In this document: piece after piece, positions 58,481 to 64,000 of the stretch | Layout: each line of letters opens with the position of its first letter | How positions within the stretch are numbered: the first letter of the stretch is position 1 | Assembly (NCBI GenBank): GCA_965214935.1 | Contig: CBDCCS010000021.1 | Location: 32,001-96,000, forward strand | Direction: 5' to 3' | DNA: 64,000 nucleotides | Origin: Candidatus Velthaea sp. | GTDB lineage: Bacteria; Vulcanimicrobiota; Vulcanimicrobiia; Vulcanimicrobiales; Vulcanimicrobiaceae | Notes under the pieces: generated by a model | The model's database searches: none | What the model was told of the DNA's origin: nothing | What the model saw: only the letters and a program-made list of their open reading frames with translations | Translations under genes and position numbers: made by a program

Positions 58481-60592
58481 GTGTTGAGTCCTCGACTTCG
58501 CAGACTGTTTCAATCAATCGTTGTCGGCATTGCGCTTGCCGGAAGCATCAGCGCGTGTGGCCATTCGGGAAGTTCGAGTACGCTACCGGTGTTGCCGGGG
58601 CAAGGTTCGTTAACGCCGTCGGGCGTCAAGCACCCGTTGGTGCCGCCGTCGCCGGCTCCGGGACTAACGTATCAGCAGCTTATTTTGCTCGATCTGCCGA
58701 CCGCCTACTATCAATTAGCCGATACGTCGATGCAACTCGCCGATTCGGGACCGAACAACATCGGCGGCACATACGGGACGGCGGTCGTGCGCAATTCGCA
58801 AGCCATAACAACCGACGGCACCGGAGCCGCAACGTTTCCCGGCGGCGCCGCCTACAATCCGCAAGGCTATGCGTACACGCTGAAAAACACGTTGTTTGCG
58901 TCGCCGAAGCCGACGCTCGAAGCATGGTTTTCGCTCAATGCCGGAAATCCGACGAATCGCGATTTGCCGCTCATCTTTTACGGAACGAACGGCCGGGGTG
59001 CACGTTACGGTCTTTTCATTCACGGTTTAGGCGGTGGCCAGCCGGTGCTGCAATTCCAAGTTCGCGACGCGGGTCTACCGCCTTACATTGCACTAAGTCA
59101 CCAACGGCTCAATCTCAATACGATCTATCATGTCGTCGCCACGTATGACGGTTATACGGCTGCCATCTTCATTAACGGTGTTCTGGATAGCGCTGCTTCC
59201 TATTACGGTAACGTCGACTACTCGCCGTACTTTACCGACGGATTGCAGATCGGCGGCGGCGACGCAGCCCCCGCATACGGCAGCGGCTCGTTTCCGGGTA
59301 CGATCGCGCAAGCGGCGGTCTATCCGTTGCCGCTTCGACCGCTGCAAATCGCGGACCATTACCTCGCCGGCCGCTATCTGCATATGGCGACCGAGACGCC
59401 GGCAGACTCGGACGCATTCGTCGATTCCATCGGCATGAACGCGCATTTCGAGAACGCCAACAGCATTTACGGTCAACAGTTCGCGCAAGTCTCAAGCTTG
59501 CTCATTGCGTCGGGTATCCGCCATGTCCGCGCCGGCATTACGTACGAGTTTCCAAATTATCCGAGCCAGATGCAACAATTGGCAGCGGGCGGCGTGCACG
59601 CCTCGTACGTTACGAACTTGAACATGACCCAAGCGCAGGTGCAGGCGTGGCCCGGCATTGTCGGTTCGTCGTTCGAGCAGTACGAAGCGCCGAACGAACA
59701 GGACGATGTCAACAATCCAAATTGGTTGCCCGAGTGCATTGCGTTTCAACAAAATCTTTATTCGTGGGTCAAAGGCGACCCGCAGACCGCGCTCTTTCCG
59801 GTCCTCGGTCCGTCGATCGTCAAAATGCAGGACGCGACGTTGCTGGGTAATCAAAGCGCCTACATGGATGAGGGCAACATCCACTCGTACTTCAATGTGT
59901 GGAATCCCGGCACGTTCGGTTACGGGAACATTCATCCACCGTTCGGCGTATACGGAAGCTTGTCGTTCAATCTCAATATCGGTCGCACGATTTCAGGCAG
60001 CAAGCCGATCGAAACGACGGAGACCGGTTATGGAACGGTCGCCGGCAATCCGCTGACGCTCGATAATTACGCCGATCTTCGCTACATGACGCGGCTATTT
60101 TTCACGCAATTCAATGGCGGCGTGAAGCGTTCGTACAGCTACGAATTCATGGACGAGGGCGGCACTGCGCCCTTTAGCAACTTCGGCATCGTTACGACGG
60201 CGTTGCAGCCGAAGCCGGCATACACAGGCATCGCATCGATCATCGGTCAGCTCAAGGATCCCGGCCCGGTGTTCCCGACCACGCCGCTGACATTCGAGTT
60301 ATCCGGGTTCATGGATAATGTCGAGCATACGCTGCTACAAAAGCGCAACGGTCACTATATCCTTGCCGTGTGGCAAGAAGTGCAAGATTGGGTTACCGTC
60401 AATAACGTCGGTGGCGACATCAACGAACCGCCGCAAACGATCAAATTGCACACGGCGACCCATCTGTCGTCCGCGACGATCACGACGATGGACGAGAGCG
60501 GTAACATGACGACGGCGCCGCTGACCTGGAGCGGGCAAGACGGGTCGATCCCCGTTACCGACAAAATCACGTTGATCGACTTGGCGCCGTAA
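58481..60592 (+). CDS. lipoprotein with LamG-like domain and clan GH-A-like glycoside hydrolase
   Basis: Lipobox ISA-C; TLEAW, HVVATYDG...IFING, F.G.I; DSIG.N.H, YEAPNE (acid/base), TETGY (nucleophile). Confidence 0.85.
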   Translation: MLSPRLRRLFQSIVVGIALAGSISACGHSGSSSTLPVLPGQGSLTPSGVKHPLVPPSPAPGLTYQQLILLDLPTAYYQLADTSMQLADSGPNNIGGTYGTAVVRNSQAITTDGTGAATFPGGAAYNPQGYAYTLKNTLFASPKPTLEAWFSLNAGNPTNRDLPLIFYGTNGRGARYGLFIHGLGGGQPVLQFQVRDAGLPPYIALSHQRLNLNTIYHVVATYDGYTAAIFINGVLDSAASYYGNVDYSPYFTDGLQIGGGDAAPAYGSGSFPGTIAQAAVYPLPLRPLQIADHYLAGRYLHMATETPADSDAFVDSIGMNAHFENANSIYGQQFAQVSSLLIASGIRHVRAGITYEFPNYPSQMQQLAAGGVHASYVTNLNMTQAQVQAWPGIVGSSFEQYEAPNEQDDVNNPNWLPECIAFQQNLYSWVKGDPQTALFPVLGPSIVKMQDATLLGNQSAYMDEGNIHSYFNVWNPGTFGYGNIHPPFGVYGSLSFNLNIGRTISGSKPIETTETGYGTVAGNPLTLDNYADLRYMTRLFFTQFNGGVKRSYSYEFMDEGGTAPFSNFGIVTTALQPKPAYTGIASIIGQLKDPGPVFPTTPLTFELSGFMDNVEHTLLQKRNGHYILAVWQEVQDWVTVNNVGGDINEPPQTIKLHTATHLSSATITTMDESGNMTTAPLTWSGQDGSIPVTDKITLIDLAP

Positions 60593-60631
60593 TAGAGCGC
60601 TACTTGGCGTTGTCGCATCGCTGCTGGTTGC

Positions 60632-60791
60632 ACCATCGACGGCACGCGCTCGACGCCGGCAACATTCATCTCGATCGCCATTGGCGCAATGCTCGCACGT
60701 ACACGCTCCACGACCCTGTGCGATCGAAGTAACTTCACATCGGAAACGACGTTCTCAACGAGGTGATCCGCCTCGACACGCCTGGAGCTAA
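60632..60791 (+). pseudogene. C-terminal remnant of an SfnB/DszC-like flavin monooxygenase
   Basis: GTRST(fs)LDRHWRNARTYTLHDPVRSK*LHIGNDVLN(fs)PPRHAWS*. Confidence 0.8.
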
Positions 60792-60984
60792 CGAGTCGAC
60801 TCAGCAGTTCGCGCCATGCGAGCGTTCAAGACGAACGCTCACAGAGTGCTCGCTGCAATCGTACGCAGTCTGATTGCGAAGATACATCAACGACATTGGC
60901 AGATGGCCGGCGAGGACGTCTGTTGTTTCCGCCCGTTGAGGCGATACGGAAACCGCCGGGCAACGCAGAACATAAGCTGCCCAG

Positions 60985-63420
60985 ATGAGTGTGGGCGAAT
61001 TCGGCTCCCTGCTTCGCGAATTTCGGTGCGCTGCGGGCCTGTCGCAAGAAGCGCTTGCAGAACGCGCGCGGTTGAGTCCGGGTGCGATCAGCGCACTCGA
61101 ACGCAGCGCGCGTCGCGGCCCGCAGCACCAGACCCTCGCGCTTTTGGCGGAGGCGCTACAACTCGGGTCGCACGAGCGAGGCCGCCTGGAGGAATCCGCC
61201 CAGGCCGGCCGCCGCCGAGCTCCGCGCGGTGCCGCGAACGCGATTGAGGCCGTGCCCCATAATCTGCCCCGTATTCTCACCTCGTTTCATGGGCGTGAAG
61301 CGGACCTCGTGGAGATCGAGCAGCTTATTGCAACGCGGCGGCTCGTCACATTGCTCGGCCCCGGCGGGGTCGGCAAGACGCGCCTCGCATTAGAGGCCGC
61401 TCATCGTCTGCTCGACGGTATGCGATTTTCAGGCGGGATTTGGTTCGTTGATTTCGCGCCGATGAATTCCTCGGAATTGGTTGCGACCGCGATCGCGCGG
61501 CTGCTGAGCGTGCGTGAACAACCGAATATCTCGCTCGTGCAAACGATCGGCGCGGGCATTGCCGGCAAGAAGATGTTGCTGGTATTCGACAATTGCGAAC
61601 ATGTGTTAGATGAATGCGCTTGCATCGCTGAAGCGTTGCTGCGCGATTGCTCCGGCCTCGTCGTGCTCACGACGACGCGCGAAAGTTTGCGCCTCGACGG
61701 CGAATGTGTCGTGCGCGTGCAGCCCCTGCCGTGCGACGATCGCGAATCCGGCGGACCGGCGCTCGACCTGCTGCTCCATCGTTTAGCCGAAGCGGATTTT
61801 ACGCGCTATTCGCGTTTGGCCGACGGCGACTGCGCGCAAGCAGCGTCGGTTTGCAAACGGCTCGACGGCATCCCGCTTGCCATCGAGCTTGCGGCCGGCC
61901 GGGCGCGCGAATTATCGCTCGCGCACATCGTGGCGGGTCTTGACGAGCGTTTCGGCATGCTCGTTCACGGGCGTCGTACCGCTCTGCCGCGTCAGCTCAC
62001 ATTGCGCGGGATGATCGACTGGAGTTTCGCGCCGCTTGCGCCGAGCGAACAAGAACTCTTCGCTCGGCTCGGACTCTTTGCCGAGGCGTTTACACCCGAG
62101 GCGGCGAGCGCCATCTGCGGCGACGATGTGCGAACCGTTCGAAGCGGCCTCGCTACCCTCATATCCAAATCGCTGGTCAGCGTGGTTGAAGACCGCAATG
62201 GCCATATGCGCTATCGGCTGCTCGAAACAATGCGCGCGTACGCGCTCGATCGACTGCGCGAGCGCGGCGAGTACGATCGTTTTGCTCATCGCTTCGCCAC
62301 GTATTTTTGCGCCGCGGCGAAGGGGGCCGACGTTCGCTACGGCCGTGTTACGAATTCCGAATTCCTCGCTTCGGTAGAAACGGACCTCGAGAATTTTCGC
62401 GCCGCGCTCGAGTGGAGTCTCGGCCAGCGAAACGATACCGCTCTCGGCGCGGAACTTGCCGGCGCGATGGGCTGGATTTACCGCCAAAGCGCGCTTTTCG
62501 TTGAGGGCGCACGTTGGGCCGAACGCGGGCTGGCAGAAGTCGGCGATGCAGCTCCCGCCGTTGTTGGGCGGCTGCACATGGCTCTCAGCATCTTTTGCCT
62601 GAATATGGGCGACATGAATCGGGCTTTGCAAGCCGCCCAGCTCGCCACCGAAGCTTACCGCGCTGCACCGGCCGGTTCGGAGCTGGCGTGGTCGCGCGCC
62701 CAAGAAGGCGGCTGTCTCCTTTTTCTGGGCCGTCGCGACGACGCGCGGCGCGCCATTGAAGAAGCGGTCGATGTCGCGCGCGAGCATCGCGATATGTTGC
62801 GACTCGGTGGCGCCTTAAATGCTCTCGCGCTCACGATTCCGATCGAACGGGCGGCTGAGCGCTTCGCGCCGCTCGAAGAATCGATCCGAACGTATCGCGC
62901 GGCGTCGGCCGACGGTGCAATGGTACCGACAGGCAATTTGGCCGAGGCGCATTTTGCGACGGGAAATTTTGCATCGGCTCTCGCGTGCGGATTGGACGCC
63001 ATCGCGATGGCTCGCTCGAATCGAGATCGCTCGTTTCTCGCCGGAGTGCTCACGAACGTTGCAGCGTACGCCCTCGCGAACGGTGACGTGATGCAGGCGG
63101 ATCGAGCGGGGCAAGAGGCGATGCGTTTGGCCCGCGACATCGGGACGACGCACTACGCGATGTGCGCTTTCCAGCACCTTGGTAGCGTCGCCGCCCGGCG
63201 CGGAGCCTTCGCGCGCGCCGCGCGCCTGCTCGGCGCCTCAAACGAACGGTATCGGGAATTCGGTATTGCGCGCGAGTTCACGGAACAATCGCTTTACGAT
63301 CGTTCGATCGCGGAAATCCGCGGCGCTCTCGGCGAAGACCATTTACTCGTTTATCTCAGCGAAGGCGCCGCCTTACCGCTCGAGCGGGCCATCGACGAGG
63401 CGCTGCTTCCCATCGTTTAG
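60985..63420 (+). CDS. XRE-HTH + STAND NTPase + TPR regulator
   Basis: GLSQEALAERA.LS...IS.LER, GPGGVGKT, LLVFDNCEH, LDGIPLAIELAA, YRLLET, helical repeats. Confidence 0.92.
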   Translation: MSVGEFGSLLREFRCAAGLSQEALAERARLSPGAISALERSARRGPQHQTLALLAEALQLGSHERGRLEESAQAGRRRAPRGAANAIEAVPHNLPRILTSFHGREADLVEIEQLIATRRLVTLLGPGGVGKTRLALEAAHRLLDGMRFSGGIWFVDFAPMNSSELVATAIARLLSVREQPNISLVQTIGAGIAGKKMLLVFDNCEHVLDECACIAEALLRDCSGLVVLTTTRESLRLDGECVVRVQPLPCDDRESGGPALDLLLHRLAEADFTRYSRLADGDCAQAASVCKRLDGIPLAIELAAGRARELSLAHIVAGLDERFGMLVHGRRTALPRQLTLRGMIDWSFAPLAPSEQELFARLGLFAEAFTPEAASAICGDDVRTVRSGLATLISKSLVSVVEDRNGHMRYRLLETMRAYALDRLRERGEYDRFAHRFATYFCAAAKGADVRYGRVTNSEFLASVETDLENFRAALEWSLGQRNDTALGAELAGAMGWIYRQSALFVEGARWAERGLAEVGDAAPAVVGRLHMALSIFCLNMGDMNRALQAAQLATEAYRAAPAGSELAWSRAQEGGCLLFLGRRDDARRAIEEAVDVAREHRDMLRLGGALNALALTIPIERAAERFAPLEESIRTYRAASADGAMVPTGNLAEAHFATGNFASALACGLDAIAMARSNRDRSFLAGVLTNVAAYALANGDVMQADRAGQEAMRLARDIGTTHYAMCAFQHLGSVAARRGAFARAARLLGASNERYREFGIAREFTEQSLYDRSIAEIRGALGEDHLLVYLSEGAALPLERAIDEALLPIV

Positions 63421-63662
63421 GCGCCGCGACGATCGTCGCGCTTGCCGCCTTTGCGCCCGACGCCGGCATTGCCGTTGCCATCAACCTCGCCGGCGAAACC
63501 GGCGTACAAAAGAAACGCACCTGCTCTGAGCAGCCAACGCAAAACACGCGACCCGGCGGACTGAGGTTGGACGGGCGGTTCGATCAGCCAACGCAGAAAG
63601 CGCAACACTGCGCCCTCGGGCCGGGCGCCGGGCTCAGGCGCGTCGGGCTTCGAGATGTTCAT
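63417..63662 (-). CDS. hypothetical protein
   Basis: Short ORF with duplicated LRWL motif; weak support. Confidence 0.35.
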   Translation of the reverse strand: MNISKPDAPEPGARPEGAVLRFLRWLIEPPVQPQSAGSRVLRWLLRAGAFLLYAGFAGEVDGNGNAGVGRKGGKRDDRRGA

Positions 63663-64000
63663 GCAAGCACCGCTATCCTTAACGTTTTGTTGGTCCGGTT
63701 TCGGCACGAGCGACGGCGATGGCGGGCCTGTCCATGCGCGTTCGGCTGAGCGTACCGCCTGCGGCACGTGCGAGCAACGTCGTCATCAAGCGCAGCGGCG
63801 GACGATCCTGCCGGTCGTTCATTGCCTTACGATCATCGCACGCCTTCGGTCGCATGCCAAGCGACGGGATTCGCACGAATAAGCACGCCTAACTCGCACA
63901 AGTACGGGTGTCGCTGGCGGGCTCGGCGGTGTGCTGCCACGATCGAACACGGCTCGGCCGCGCTTGGCAGCCGAACCGTCTCGGAGGTAGCGCTCGTGTG

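Noticed and set aside
60985..63420. STAND NTPase as an Avs-type antiphage system
   Set aside because: Its N-terminus is an XRE HTH with no nuclease/TIR/SIR2 effector; it fits the common regulator class
1..64000. Long antisense ORFs (e.g. 2334..3293, 9212..10306, 15511..16704, 23120..24289), CRISPR arrays, IS elements, rRNA
   Set aside because: The antisense ORFs are high-GC shadows of real genes; no repeat-spacer array, transposase or rRNA was seen by eye

Overview
GC-rich bacterial chromosome segment from a diderm: it has TonB-dependent receptors and beta-barrels alongside csaB/DUF5693. An Eremiobacterota/Vulcanimicrobiota-like lineage is my inference and is not verified. Core genes include msrB, a shikimate operon (aroA fused in frame to aroE, then aroC, aroK, aroB, aroQ), tag, attenuator-controlled ilvB with a small ACT subunit, ileS, hom-metX, tRNA-Val(TAC), prk and a degenerate fbp. 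Accessory loci include a TBDR with a DsrE-like partner, a DUF4329/JAMM-like toxin with a putative immunity gene, a type III PKS with a methyltransferase, a purine-nucleoside salvage cluster, a LamG-glycoside hydrolase lipoprotein and an XRE-STAND-TPR regulator. The most interesting block is 38.5-47.1 kb. It holds a CxxxC secreted protein, a membrane leader ending in an RGPP arrest-like motif and a TBDR, facing a Cyc2-like cytochrome-porin and YceI, followed by cfa, a His/Met-rich secreted protein and a DTG-type rhodopsin. Several decayed genes missed by the ORF track were read manually (RNase T2, SfnB-like, Uma2, an S9 fragment). No CRISPR array, rRNA, transposase or integrase was seen. All family calls come from motif recognition by eye; no searches were run.
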